DNA of 64,000 nt, from positions 43,264-107,263 of the forward strand of contig JBGCFM010000001.1 of NCBI GenBank assembly GCA_045106895.1. Direction: 5' to 3'. The notes below the pieces were generated by a model that was not told the origin of the DNA, did not search any database, and worked only from the letters and a program-made list of their open reading frames with translations. Each line of letters begins with the position of its first letter. The first letter of the stretch is position 1. Below are positions 48,403-58,313 of this stretch, piece after piece. The position numbers were made by a program, and so were the translations under genes. The stretch is from Polyangiales bacterium (GTDB taxonomy: Bacteria > Myxococcota_A > Polyangia > Polyangiales > Houyiibacteriaceae).

Positions 48403-49449
48403 ATGGATGAAGCCACTCTTCTCGCGCTCCTCAAGAAAGGGTCGCAGTACCGAGCCAGCGATGTGCTCTTGAAGGTCGGGCAACCTCCGGCGTTTCGTGT
48501 AAACGGCGACCTCCACTACCTGCAGGGGGACAAGCTAAAACCAAGTCAGACGCAAGGTCTCGCGGGCATCATTCTCAAGCGCTCCCGATACAAGGGGGCC
48601 CTCGATGACCTGATGGAATACGACACGAGCTACGGTGTCGAGGGCGTCGGTCGCTACCGCGTGAACATCTACCGCCAGCGAGGGAGCATCGCGATGGCGC
48701 TACGTGCCATTCCGCTGAAAGTCCCGTCCTTCGCAGACCTTCGCCTCCCGGCGTCGATCCAGACTTTGGCGGAGCAAGAGCGAGGCCTCATCCTTTGCGT
48801 CGGCGCCGCCGGCAACGGCAAGAGCACGACGCTCGCCGCCGTCGTCAACCACATCAACCAAACACGTCGCGCTCACGTGGTCACGATCGAGGACCCCATC
48901 GAGTATATGCACCAGGACAAGCTCGCGGCGATTTCACAGCGCGAGATTGGACTGGATACGCCGAGTTTCGCCATGGCGCTTCGTGCAGCGCTCCGGCAGG
49001 ACCCGGACGTCATTCTCGTCGGCGAGATTCGCGACGAAGAGACGATGGATATCGCCCTGAAGGCCGCCGAGACAGGTCACTTGGTGCTCTCCACGCTTCA
49101 CACGCCTGATGTATCGCGCACCATCGGTCGTGTCCTCGCGCTCTCCGGCGGCGGCGCGGAGGCGGCGGCTTCAACACGAGAGCGTTTCGCCGACAACCTC
49201 AAGGGCATCGTCGCGCAACGCTTGCTGCCTACGGCGGATAACAAGGGCCGAGTCGTCGCGGTTGAGGTCCTCGTGATGACGGGTACGGCGCGAGAGACCA
49301 TCCGCCGGCCGGAGGGGAACTTGCCCCTCAAAGACGTCATGGAGCGGGGCGTGCATCCCTACGGAATGCAGACCTTCGAGATGGCGCTCAAGGACCTCGT
49401 ACAGAACGGCCTCATCGACGTCGAGACGGCCCGCGCCGCCATGGGCTAA
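48403..49449 (+). CDS. PilT/PilU-family ATPase (second paralog)
   Basis: ASD, GAAGNGKST, TIEDPIE, LRQDPD, GEIRD, LHT, GMQTF. Confidence 0.93.
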   Translation: MDEATLLALLKKGSQYRASDVLLKVGQPPAFRVNGDLHYLQGDKLKPSQTQGLAGIILKRSRYKGALDDLMEYDTSYGVEGVGRYRVNIYRQRGSIAMALRAIPLKVPSFADLRLPASIQTLAEQERGLILCVGAAGNGKSTTLAAVVNHINQTRRAHVVTIEDPIEYMHQDKLAAISQREIGLDTPSFAMALRAALRQDPDVILVGEIRDEETMDIALKAAETGHLVLSTLHTPDVSRTIGRVLALSGGGAEAAASTRERFADNLKGIVAQRLLPTADNKGRVVAVEVLVMTGTARETIRRPEGNLPLKDVMERGVHPYGMQTFEMALKDLVQNGLIDVETARAAMG

Positions 49450-49460
49450 GGCTGTCCGCG

Positions 49461-51773
49461 TTAGCGGGACGTTTCCGACGCGCGGATACTCACCTCGATG
49501 GACTTGCTCGTCGGCGTGCGGCTCTCCGCGGCATAGCTCTCGAGAGGAACGAGTGGGTTGGCCTCGGGGAAATACGCGGCCAACGTACCGCGCGGGATGT
49601 CGTAAGGGACGAGAGCGAAGCCATGTATGTGGCGCTTCTCGCCGTTAAAATGGGACGTCAGATCCACAGGCTGAAGCGCTCGGAGGCCGCGGGAGTTCAT
49701 GTCTTCGGCGTTCATGAAGACGATGCGTCGCCCGCCGTGGACCCCCCGATAGCGGTCACTCGTTCCGTAGATCGTCGTATTAAACTGGTCATGACTGCGC
49801 AGCGTCTGAAGGATAAAATGACCTCTGCGAACGCTAAAGGCGCTCATCGGCGCGGCGTCGAAGTTCGCTTTGTTCGTCGGCGTATTCCAGACCCGCTCGC
49901 GCGCCGCATTCGGCAAATAGAAGCCGGAGCCATCACGCACCCGGGTGTTGTAATTCTCGAAGCCTGGAACGACGGCTTCGATGGCGGAACGAATGCCGTC
50001 GTAGTTCGCAGCAAGCTCGCTCCAGCGGAAAGGCCCGATGGTGTCACCGAGGCTCGCCGCCGCGATACCGCAGATGATGCTGACTTCCGAACGCAGATGA
50101 GGAGACGCCGGCGGAAGACGCCCCGCTGACGACTGAACGATGCCCATCGAGTTCTCGCAGGAGACAATTTGAGGCTGACCGCCACTCGTGTCGCGCTCGG
50201 AACGCCCGAGGCACGGAAGAATAAGAGAGCGCTTGCCCGGACATAGGTGGGTGCGGTTGAGCTTCGTGCTGATGTGGCATGTAAGCGCCACCCGCGTCAG
50301 CGCCTCCGCGACGAAGTCCGTGTCCGGCGACGCCTGCAGGAAGTTCCCGCCGAGGGAAATGAACACGCGACATTCGCCGGCGTGCATGGCGCGAATCGCC
50401 GCAACGGTGTCGTGGCCGTGTTGGCGCGGAAAGGTACGTTCGAAGGTCGCATCGAGTCGGTCAAAGAACGCGTCCGGCATCTTCTCACAGATGCCAACGG
50501 TCCGGTCGCCTTGCACGTTGCTGTGTCCGCGGACTGGACAAAGACCCGCACCTTCGCGCCCGATCGCACCGAGCAGAAGATGAACATTGGTGACTTCTCG
50601 AATCGTCGCGACGGAGTTGTGATGCTGCGTCAGTCCCATCGCCCAGCATGTAATGAGCTTGATTCGGGGCGCGGCGAGTCTCCCCGCGAGGGACTCGATC
50701 TGCGAACGTGCGATGCCGCTTTGCCCTTCAATGTCGGACCACGTCGTCGCGCGGACACATGCTTCGTATGCCCCGAAGCCGTCGGTCTCTGAAGCGATGA
50801 AGTCGGCATCGAGGATGCCTCCGCGCTCATCTTCGAGTGCGAAGAGGGCTTTGGCGAGCCCACGAAAGAGCGCCATGTCGCCGTTGACGCGAACCGGGAG
50901 GTGCTCCGCCGAGAGGCGCTCGGCGCGCCCCATGAGCCCCTTCGCTTTTTGCGGGTTGGCGAAGGCGACGAGGCCCACTTCCTTGAGAGGGTTGATCGCG
51001 ACCAAGTGCGCGCCGCGTCCCACGGCCCGCTCCAGTGTGGTCAACATTCGCGGGTGGTTGGTGCCCGGGTTTTGGCCCGCGCAAAGGATCACATCGGCGC
51101 CGGCGAGGTCGTCGAGGGACACCGTGCCTTTGCCGATTCCGATGGCCTGACTCAGCGCGGTGCCGCTCGACTCGTGGCACATATTCGAACAGTCCGGCAG
51201 GTTGTTCGTACCCAGAGCCCGGGCAAAGAGCCCGTATTGAAACGCAGCCTCATTTGAGGCGCGGCCCGAAGTGTAGAGAATCGCTTCGTCGGCGGACGTG
51301 AGGGATTGGCACTCCTCGGCAACGAGAGCGAACGCTTCATCCCAGGAGACCGCGCGGTAGTGACTCGCCCCTTCATCGAGCAAGAGTGGTTCGGCGAGGC
51401 GGCCTTGAGCGTCGTGCCAGACATCGGGGCGAGCGGAGAGTTCGGCGACGCTGTGCTTCTCGAAGAACGCGCCACCGATGGTCTTTTTCATCGCCTCAGA
51501 CGCGACGGCCTTGGCGCCGTTCTCACAGAACTCTGCCATCGGGCGTTCGCCATCGGGGTCCGGCCATGCGCAGCTGGGGCAGTCAAAACCATCCACCTGA
51601 TTGAGGAGCCGGAGCGCGCGAACGCCCCGACCTGCCCCGGCACGGGAGAGAATGTGGTCGAAGCTCGAAAGCACAGCGGGAAGGCCAGCGGCCCATTCAC
51701 TGGGACTCTCGAGGCGCAACGCGGCGAGGTCTTCTCTCGGCACGCGACCGCTCTTGTTCGAATCTTGGCTCAC
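49461..51773 (-). CDS. FdhF/YdeP-family molybdopterin oxidoreductase
   Basis: GFDCPSCAWPD, EFCENGAKA, NLPDCSNMCHESSG, RGHSNVQG, LRSHDQFNTTIYG. Confidence 0.95.
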   Translation of the reverse strand: MSQDSNKSGRVPREDLAALRLESPSEWAAGLPAVLSSFDHILSRAGAGRGVRALRLLNQVDGFDCPSCAWPDPDGERPMAEFCENGAKAVASEAMKKTIGGAFFEKHSVAELSARPDVWHDAQGRLAEPLLLDEGASHYRAVSWDEAFALVAEECQSLTSADEAILYTSGRASNEAAFQYGLFARALGTNNLPDCSNMCHESSGTALSQAIGIGKGTVSLDDLAGADVILCAGQNPGTNHPRMLTTLERAVGRGAHLVAINPLKEVGLVAFANPQKAKGLMGRAERLSAEHLPVRVNGDMALFRGLAKALFALEDERGGILDADFIASETDGFGAYEACVRATTWSDIEGQSGIARSQIESLAGRLAAPRIKLITCWAMGLTQHHNSVATIREVTNVHLLLGAIGREGAGLCPVRGHSNVQGDRTVGICEKMPDAFFDRLDATFERTFPRQHGHDTVAAIRAMHAGECRVFISLGGNFLQASPDTDFVAEALTRVALTCHISTKLNRTHLCPGKRSLILPCLGRSERDTSGGQPQIVSCENSMGIVQSSAGRLPPASPHLRSEVSIICGIAAASLGDTIGPFRWSELAANYDGIRSAIEAVVPGFENYNTRVRDGSGFYLPNAARERVWNTPTNKANFDAAPMSAFSVRRGHFILQTLRSHDQFNTTIYGTSDRYRGVHGGRRIVFMNAEDMNSRGLRALQPVDLTSHFNGEKRHIHGFALVPYDIPRGTLAAYFPEANPLVPLESYAAESRTPTSKSIEVSIRASETSR

Positions 51774-51880
51774 AGGGGTTCCTTCGACGTCCTCTCTACC
51801 CTGTCAGACAGCATTGTCAGCTAGCAATGACGAATGCGCGGGGAACTTGACCTCGGGGCACCTCAGACCACAATGCCGAC

Positions 51881-52393
51881 GTGAGCACCGAAGCAGAATC
51901 CACCCCCGAAACCCCGAGCAAGAGCCGCGCGCCACTCATCTTTGGCGTGGTCATCGCCGCGGTTCTCATCTTTATGGGCGGCTGGTTCATTGGCTATCGT
52001 GCGGTGACGCAGATGGAAGCGACGCTCGCGACTGAGCGGGCGACGTTCGCCGAGGAGCTTGAAACGGCTCAAACAGAAGCGAGCGCTGCCGCGACGGCGC
52101 AGGCACATGCGGAAGCCAACGCGATGATGCTCGCCGCGCGTCAGGGCCTGGCTCAAGCCGACGACGCGATCGTATCGGAGAACTTCGGCCTCGCCCGGGA
52201 GCATTTGGCGCGAACCCGCGCTCAGCTCGCGTCCGGTGGGGTGACTTTTGCCCCATTTGCCGAGCAAGCCGCCACCCTCGAGATCTTGAGCGGAGGGGAT
52301 AGCACCGAAACTCGGGCCCAGATTCGAACCCTGGCTACAAGCCTCGACGAGGCGATCGCGGAGACATTCGGGGCTCCGTCCACCAGCGAATAG
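51881..52393 (+). CDS. Hypothetical membrane-anchored coiled-coil protein
   Basis: One N-terminal TM then Ala/Glu-rich helices. Confidence 0.7.
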   Translation: MSTEAESTPETPSKSRAPLIFGVVIAAVLIFMGGWFIGYRAVTQMEATLATERATFAEELETAQTEASAAATAQAHAEANAMMLAARQGLAQADDAIVSENFGLAREHLARTRAQLASGGVTFAPFAEQAATLEILSGGDSTETRAQIRTLATSLDEAIAETFGAPSTSE

Positions 52394-52481
52394 GGTTTTT
52401 CGGTCCAATACCCGGTCCTTCCCGTCCTGCTTCGGTGTATGCTCCCGCCCCAGTGCGCTCTCTATTCCCAGGTCTTTTGCC

Positions 52482-53648
52482 ATGATGGCGGTGCTCCCTC
52501 TTTGGTGCGCCAGCACCCTCGTGGCGTATCTCCTCGGCCAGTTGGTCCTCGGACCGAAGAGCGGCTTCGCGTCGCTTGTGATGCTGGGCGGCTTTGCCTC
52601 GGCAGCCTTGCTGGGCCTCGCGGGGCATCCCCTTCCGGGTATCGTCATCGGCGCGGTGAGCGGCGGCGTCTGTGGCGCTGCGCTCGTTCGGTGGGCCGGC
52701 ACACTTCGATGGAGCGGACAGAGCGCTGAAGAACCAACGTCGACGGCCGACGAGAAGAACGAGAAGAGCACCAAGGCCAAGACGAAGACGAAGAAGGCGG
52801 CCAAGGCCAACGAAGCGAAGGGCGCTCTGCCCGAAGAGCTGCGTTTAAGGCGCCCTGCAGCTGACCCGGACCCAGAGCCGGAGCCAGAGCTCAGCGACGT
52901 CACAGGTCCGCTCGTATCGCCCTCCAAGCGCCCGAAAGAGACGCCGGCGGCCAAGGCGTCCGCCGCGCGCTCGGGAAGTTACTCCGCCGCAAAGACCGGG
53001 AAGAAGTCGAAGCGTAAGAAGTCAAAACGCAAGAAGCCGAGCGACGCGAAACCGGTGACGGCCTCGCTTGAGGAAGAGTCCGAGGTCGCCATCGGCACGA
53101 TGCTCGAGGAGACGATGGGCGAAGACGCCGTGAACCGTACAGCGGCGCTCGGGACTGTCTCCCGTGCGGAAAAGACGATGGCCGGGTTCGACGCGAAGGG
53201 CGCCGTGGTGAACGAGAACTCACCCAAGAAGACCCCACTCCAGATCGACTCCGATGCGAGCGCAAAGAACGAGGAACGAGCCGAGCGCTTGGGACGAAGC
53301 CCTTCATCGATCCCCCGCGGCGTGTTCGCCATGGACGAAGAGACGCCCATCGCGCTAACGCATCAGAAGCCGAACGCGGGTCTGGTCTCGTCGGAGCCGA
53401 CCATCTCAGGCTTCGACGACCCAACGGAGAACCTCGACAGCGAGATCGCCCCGACGCATTGCCCTCGCTGCCGAGAGGAGTGCACACCGGAGGCTCGCTA
53501 CTGCGCTGGTTGTTCAGCGCCGGTCATGCCATGGAAGTGCAAAGAGTGTGGTCATCACAACCACGCCGAGGCCGATTTTTGCGTGCGGTGCCAAGCGCCC
53601 GTCGAGCTCCTCGCGAGCCCAGTGGATGTGGAGATTTTGAATGAGTGA
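52482..53648 (+). CDS. Membrane protein with C-terminal double zinc ribbon
   Basis: N-terminal TM segments; Lys-rich linker; CPRC..CAGC..CKEC..CVRC. Confidence 0.8.
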   Translation: MMAVLPLWCASTLVAYLLGQLVLGPKSGFASLVMLGGFASAALLGLAGHPLPGIVIGAVSGGVCGAALVRWAGTLRWSGQSAEEPTSTADEKNEKSTKAKTKTKKAAKANEAKGALPEELRLRRPAADPDPEPEPELSDVTGPLVSPSKRPKETPAAKASAARSGSYSAAKTGKKSKRKKSKRKKPSDAKPVTASLEEESEVAIGTMLEETMGEDAVNRTAALGTVSRAEKTMAGFDAKGAVVNENSPKKTPLQIDSDASAKNEERAERLGRSPSSIPRGVFAMDEETPIALTHQKPNAGLVSSEPTISGFDDPTENLDSEIAPTHCPRCREECTPEARYCAGCSAPVMPWKCKECGHHNHAEADFCVRCQAPVELLASPVDVEILNE

Positions 53649-54396
53649 CAAAGCAAAGCCGAGCGTGGCCCAGGTGGTCTTCATCGCCGTCGTGGCCGGC
53701 TCCATCGCGAGTGTCTTGACCACCTATGGGCTGCATGCACTTCCCGGCCAGGGCAGCTCCACGGGTTCACCTTTGTCCGAAGTCGACGAAGGCGATGGCA
53801 CCGGCTCCGTAGACGTTCCTTCTCTCGTGGGTGTCCCGTCCGAGTCCGCCGGCGACATGGTCCGGAACGCGGGTCTTCGTCTCGTCGTGAGCGCCACGGA
53901 GCCGAGCGATATGGCCGAAGGCAACGTCGTCCGTCAGACGCCCCTCGCCGGGAGCACCTTGCCCACCGGCGACGCCGTCGATGTCGTGTTGAGCTCAGGT
54001 CCCGCGATGATCGAAATCCCGGTCCTCTCCGGCCGCCCCGTCGCCGACGCTCAGGCCGCACTCACGGCCCTGGGACTTGAGGTCACGATGGACAACACAG
54101 CGCAAGGCGCTGAGCCGGGGACCGTCGTTTCGACCGCGCCGGAGGCTGGCGTCGAGGTCGCGGCTGGAACCGCCGTCACGGTGCGTGCAACGCCTGCGGG
54201 TATCGCTGTTCCAACGCTCGTCGGCACACCCTATAGGCGGGCACGAGAAACGCTCGAAGCGGCAGGACTCGTCCTCGGACGAGTACGACGTCGCTACGAT
54301 GAGCGACGCCCGGACCTGGTGATCACGTCTCAAGAGCCCGAGGCGGAGTCGCTGGTTCCCGCCGGAACCGAGGTCGAAATCATCATCAACGACTGA
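53641..54396 (+). CDS. Stand-alone PASTA-repeat protein (3 repeats)
   Basis: TM then VPSLVG...A...GL....V..Q.P.AG pattern three times. Confidence 0.9.
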   Translation: MSDKAKPSVAQVVFIAVVAGSIASVLTTYGLHALPGQGSSTGSPLSEVDEGDGTGSVDVPSLVGVPSESAGDMVRNAGLRLVVSATEPSDMAEGNVVRQTPLAGSTLPTGDAVDVVLSSGPAMIEIPVLSGRPVADAQAALTALGLEVTMDNTAQGAEPGTVVSTAPEAGVEVAAGTAVTVRATPAGIAVPTLVGTPYRRARETLEAAGLVLGRVRRRYDERRPDLVITSQEPEAESLVPAGTEVEIIIND

Positions 54397-54411
54397 CGAA
54401 ACCAAGGCAGT

Positions 54412-54783
54412 ATGAAACTCGGACACTCTTCTCTAAGCCTGGCAGTTCAAGACCTCGAAGCCTCGAGGGAGTTCTACGAGAAGCTCGGTTTCGTCGCCGC
54501 CGGCGGGAATGCTGAAGAGAACTGGCTCATCCTTAAAAACGGGACGTGCACCATTGGTCTTTTCCAGGGCATGTTCGACGCCAACATCATGACGTTCAAC
54601 CCAGGATGGGACGCGAAGTCGCAAAAGGTCGACGACTTCACGGACATTCGTGATCTTCAAACGGAACTCAAACGCCGTGGTGTGGAACTTGATTCCGAAG
54701 TGGACCCCAGCACCAATGGGCCAGCGAGCTTCATGGTCAGGGACCCCGATGGGAACCTCATCCTCGTCGACCAGCATGTTTGA
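54412..54783 (+). CDS. VOC/glyoxalase family protein
   Basis: SLAVQDL.ASREFYEKLGF, DPDGN.ILVDQH. Confidence 0.92.
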   Translation: MKLGHSSLSLAVQDLEASREFYEKLGFVAAGGNAEENWLILKNGTCTIGLFQGMFDANIMTFNPGWDAKSQKVDDFTDIRDLQTELKRRGVELDSEVDPSTNGPASFMVRDPDGNLILVDQHV

Positions 54784-54798
54784 GCAAGGTTAGGCTGA

Positions 54799-55278
54799 CT
54801 AGTCCGCCATTCGCCGAAGACTTCGCGGCGTCCACAGTGCGCGAACCACGCAACCGCCGGGCTCCGGGTCGCCGCTGAGCCACGCGATGCCGCCCTTCTT
54901 TAGTGCGAAGGCGCCGGAGAGTTCTCGCTCGCCGAGGCAGAGCCACGCCAGGAGCTCCCCGAGCCAGGGCTGGTGGCCGACGATGGCTTGGGAGTCGCCA
55001 CGAACGAGCTTTAAGAGCTCGCCGCGGGGAGGACGGGAGAGCTCTTCAGTCTCTTCACGTCGACCGCTTCCCAGAAGAGGCGCGAGCCTCTGGGCGGTCT
55101 CCACCGCGCGGCGCCAAGGGCTGTGAAGGACGCCGTCGAACTCGATACGGGTTCGCCCGAGGCCCTTCACCGAGCGCTCGAAGCGCTCCATGCCTTCGAG
55201 CGTCAGCGGCCGCTGTGCGTCTTCGAATCGTCCGCCGCGCGGTTCCGCGATGGCATGGCGCACCAGGTAGAGGTCCAT
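54799..55278 (-). CDS. sixA: SixA-like histidine phosphatase
   Basis: LYLVRHA, D.QRPLT, SP..RA.ETA, VGHQP. Confidence 0.85.
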   Translation of the reverse strand: MDLYLVRHAIAEPRGGRFEDAQRPLTLEGMERFERSVKGLGRTRIEFDGVLHSPWRRAVETAQRLAPLLGSGRREETEELSRPPRGELLKLVRGDSQAIVGHQPWLGELLAWLCLGERELSGAFALKKGGIAWLSGDPEPGGCVVRALWTPRSLRRMAD

Positions 55279-55418
55279 GGCCGAAGCATGCCCGATTCGC
55301 GCGTCGATGGGGCGCGAACTTGGCGGATTGGGCGCGAACCTTGTTGGTTTCTCCGGGAAGCCGAGGCCCACCTCCTCAAACCCTACCCTTTGAGTCCAGG
55401 CTGTCGTATGCCTGGAGC

Positions 55419-56855
55419 ATGAACAACGACGACGTGCAGAAGTTTGTGGATGAGCGCTGGGACAAGAGCATTCTGCCCTCGCTCGTTGAGTACATTCGAA
55501 TCCCCGCGCTCTCGCCGCACTTCGACGCGGACTGGGCAGACAACGGCCACATTGAAAAAGCCGTCGAGCACGTGCGCGCTTGGTGTGCGGACCACCCCGT
55601 CCAAGGAATGACCATGGAAGTCGTGCGTCTCGAAGGACGCACGCCGCTCATCTTCATGGAGATTCCAGCGCATGCCGGCGGGCGCGACGACCGTACGGTT
55701 CTCCTCTACGGTCACTGCGACAAGCAGCCGGAGATGGACGGTTGGGACGAAGACAAGGGTCCATGGAAGCCCGTGCGCGTCGGAGACAAACTCTATGGAC
55801 GCGGCGGCGCCGACGACGGCTACTCCGCCTACGCGTCGCTCACGGCGCTCTCCGCGCTCCACGAACAAGGCATCGCCCACGACCGCTGCGTCGTGATCAT
55901 CGAAGCCTGCGAGGAGAGCGGAAGCTACGACCTGCCTTTCTATCTCGCTGAGCTCGGAGAGCGAATCGGCAGCCCTTCCCTCGTGGTGTGCCTCGACAGC
56001 GGCTGCGGAAACTACGACCAGCTTTGGACCACGACTTCTCTCCGCGGTTTGGTCGGCGGCGTCCTGAGCGTCGAGGTCATGAAGCCCACCAACGATGGCC
56101 ACGCCAGCGGCGTTCACTCCGGCGACGCAGGGGGTGTCGTGCCATCGACGTTCCGCATTCTTCGCAGCTTGCTCGCGCGCATCGAAGACCAGACGAGCGG
56201 CGAGATCCTCCTCGAGGAGTTCTCCATCGAGGTCCCGGCGGCGCGGGTGGAGCAGGCAAAGGCCGCCGCAGAAATTCTCGGCGACAGCGTGTACTCCAAG
56301 TTCCCCCTCGCCGAAGGCGTGTCCCCGGCGGCGAGCGGAGCAGACGCGGTCCTCGCGCGAACATGGAAGCCTGCGCTGGAAGTTGTGGGCCTCGGCGATA
56401 TGCCAAACCTGAGCGCGGGCAATGTCCTGCGCGGCCGAACCCGCGCGAAGTTGAGCATCCGCGTTCCTCCCCGCGTCGACGCCGAGAAGGCCAGCGCCAC
56501 CCTGAAGAGAGTCCTCGAAGCCGACGCGCCCTACGGCGCCAAGGTGCACTTCGAAGCCGAAACCGGCGCCGACGGCTGGGACGCGCCTCCTCTCGCGAAG
56601 TGGCTCGAAGACGCGCTGCAGAAGGCGAGCCAGACGTTCTTTGGCAAAGACGCGGCGTTTATGGGCGAAGGCGGGACGATTCCTTTCATGGGCATGCTCG
56701 GCGAGCAGTTCCCCGAAGCGCAGTTCGTCATCACTGGACTCCTCGGACCCGGCAGCAACGCCCACGGACCGAACGAGTTTCTCCATGTGCCCTGCGGCAA
56801 AAAGGTGACGGCCTGCATGGCGTCGGTGCTCGCCGACGCTGCAAAGGTGAAGTAG
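55419..56855 (+). CDS. M20/M25/M40 family metallopeptidase (dipeptidase-like)
   Basis: YGHCDKQP, GRGGADD, CEESGS, HSG, NAHGPNE; start trimmed to ATG 55419. Confidence 0.95.
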   Translation: MNNDDVQKFVDERWDKSILPSLVEYIRIPALSPHFDADWADNGHIEKAVEHVRAWCADHPVQGMTMEVVRLEGRTPLIFMEIPAHAGGRDDRTVLLYGHCDKQPEMDGWDEDKGPWKPVRVGDKLYGRGGADDGYSAYASLTALSALHEQGIAHDRCVVIIEACEESGSYDLPFYLAELGERIGSPSLVVCLDSGCGNYDQLWTTTSLRGLVGGVLSVEVMKPTNDGHASGVHSGDAGGVVPSTFRILRSLLARIEDQTSGEILLEEFSIEVPAARVEQAKAAAEILGDSVYSKFPLAEGVSPAASGADAVLARTWKPALEVVGLGDMPNLSAGNVLRGRTRAKLSIRVPPRVDAEKASATLKRVLEADAPYGAKVHFEAETGADGWDAPPLAKWLEDALQKASQTFFGKDAAFMGEGGTIPFMGMLGEQFPEAQFVITGLLGPGSNAHGPNEFLHVPCGKKVTACMASVLADAAKVK

Positions 56856-56881
56856 GCCGCGGCGACGAGCGCCCAGCCGAA

Positions 56882-57229
56882 CTAAATCGGCAGGCGCTCG
56901 CGGATGACGGCGAGCCAATAGGCGTCGCTTTTAAACTCGCTCATGCGTCCAAGGCGCTCCCCGTCTTGGTAGAGAAAGAACTGGGGGATTCCTGCTATCG
57001 CGTGAGCCCTGGCAACGTCCGGGTGTTCGTACGCGTTCACTTTAACCAGGCGGCACTTCGTGCCCGCGAGCTCTGCGAGGAGACCGGGCAAACGCGTCGC
57101 GAAAAAGTCGCAGTTGGGGCAATCGGGACCCCAAAAATACGCGATGACGAGCTCGCCGCGGACATCGAGCACCTCGGCCGCGAAATCGTCGTCGCCGGCG
57201 TGACGAACTTGAGTTTCAGCGTTTGGCAC
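56882..57229 (-). CDS. Thioredoxin-family protein
   Basis: FWGPDCPNC, GIPQF (cis-Pro loop). Confidence 0.88.
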   Translation of the reverse strand: MPNAETQVRHAGDDDFAAEVLDVRGELVIAYFWGPDCPNCDFFATRLPGLLAELAGTKCRLVKVNAYEHPDVARAHAIAGIPQFFLYQDGERLGRMSEFKSDAYWLAVIRERLPI

Positions 57230-58313
57230 GACTCTCCGCGGCGCGGATCATCTTTTGAATCAGCGCGGGGTAGTCATCACCATCGTGATGCGCGGCGCCG
57301 GCGAGTTCCTCCCCATAACCGATGTCTGGGTTGGGGTTGGCTTCAAGGAAATAGAGCTGCCCGTCGTCGCGGAGGCGGAAATCGATGCGCGCGCATCCGT
57401 CGAGGTTGAGGCGACGGCAGATGCGGCGCGAGGTTTTGGCGATTCGCGCTTCCATGGCCGGCGAGAGCCCCTCCGCGCGCCCGATCTCAATGCCGTGACG
57501 CGCCTGGTACTTGCGGTCCCACTTCACGCGGCTCGTCGCGATCTTTGCGGCGGAGTCTGGCATTCCGCTGAGCCGAATCTCCCAGATAGGCAGCACGCGC
57601 AACCGCCGGTTTCCGATGACGGCGGCGTACACTTCTCGGCCCTCGATGAACTCCTCGGCGATGGCGTCCGTTTGCACCTGCTCGTGGATGAAACGCACGC
57701 GCTCCATGAGCGCTTCGTCCGTGCGAACAATGGACGCTTGGGCGATGCCCTCGCTGCCTTCCGCGATGAGACTCTTGACGATGAGGGGGAAGCTGAGGCT
57801 TTGAGGGCGCGCCTTGGTGCGAGAGCGCTCGCTCCGCGGCTTCGGAAACACCGCGAAACGCGGGGTGCGAATACGGTGGTACGAGAGGATCTTTTTCGAG
57901 AGCGCCTTGTCGCGGGCGAGGACGAGTCCACGTGCATTGCAGCCTGTGTAAGGAACTCCTTTGAGTTCGAGGTAGCCCACGATGTAGGCGTCGTAGATGA
58001 CGCGGTCGCGAAACTCCTCGAGGAGATTGAAGACGACGTGGGGTTTCCAGTCGTCGATGGCTGTACGAAGCGGCGCGAGCTCTTCGTGGAGACCCACGAC
58101 GCGTACTTCGTGCCCCAGCTGCGCCAGGGCGTAGCGAACATCACACTCGGTCTTCTTGGCGAAGTACGCGTCGTCGCCCAAAGCGCCGATGTCTTCCGGT
58201 GGGACAAACTCCTCGTGGACGATCATCAGGATGCGCCGCTTCTTCGGACGCTTGCGCGGCTTGCGAGGCACGGAGTCCACGCGCGCGGGGTTGTTGGCTA
58301 CATCGGATGCCAT
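57216..58313 (-). CDS. ATP-grasp ligase, D-Ala-D-Ala ligase-like (non-canonical)
   Basis: VFNLLEEF, PYTG, DKALSK, FPLIVK...EGS.GI, EEFIEGRE, RIDFR, LEANPNP. Confidence 0.85.
   Translation of the reverse strand: MASDVANNPARVDSVPRKPRKRPKKRRILMIVHEEFVPPEDIGALGDDAYFAKKTECDVRYALAQLGHEVRVVGLHEELAPLRTAIDDWKPHVVFNLLEEFRDRVIYDAYIVGYLELKGVPYTGCNARGLVLARDKALSKKILSYHRIRTPRFAVFPKPRSERSRTKARPQSLSFPLIVKSLIAEGSEGIAQASIVRTDEALMERVRFIHEQVQTDAIAEEFIEGREVYAAVIGNRRLRVLPIWEIRLSGMPDSAAKIATSRVKWDRKYQARHGIEIGRAEGLSPAMEARIAKTSRRICRRLNLDGCARIDFRLRDDGQLYFLEANPNPDIGYGEELAGAAHHDGDDYPALIQKMIRAAESRAKR

Noticed and set aside
49461..51773. Selenocysteine formate dehydrogenase
   Set aside because: No in-frame TGA; Cys in CSNMCH and YdeP-type motifs
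57216..58313. Calling this gene ddl
   Set aside because: Lacks canonical Ddl N-terminal motifs and cell-wall gene context
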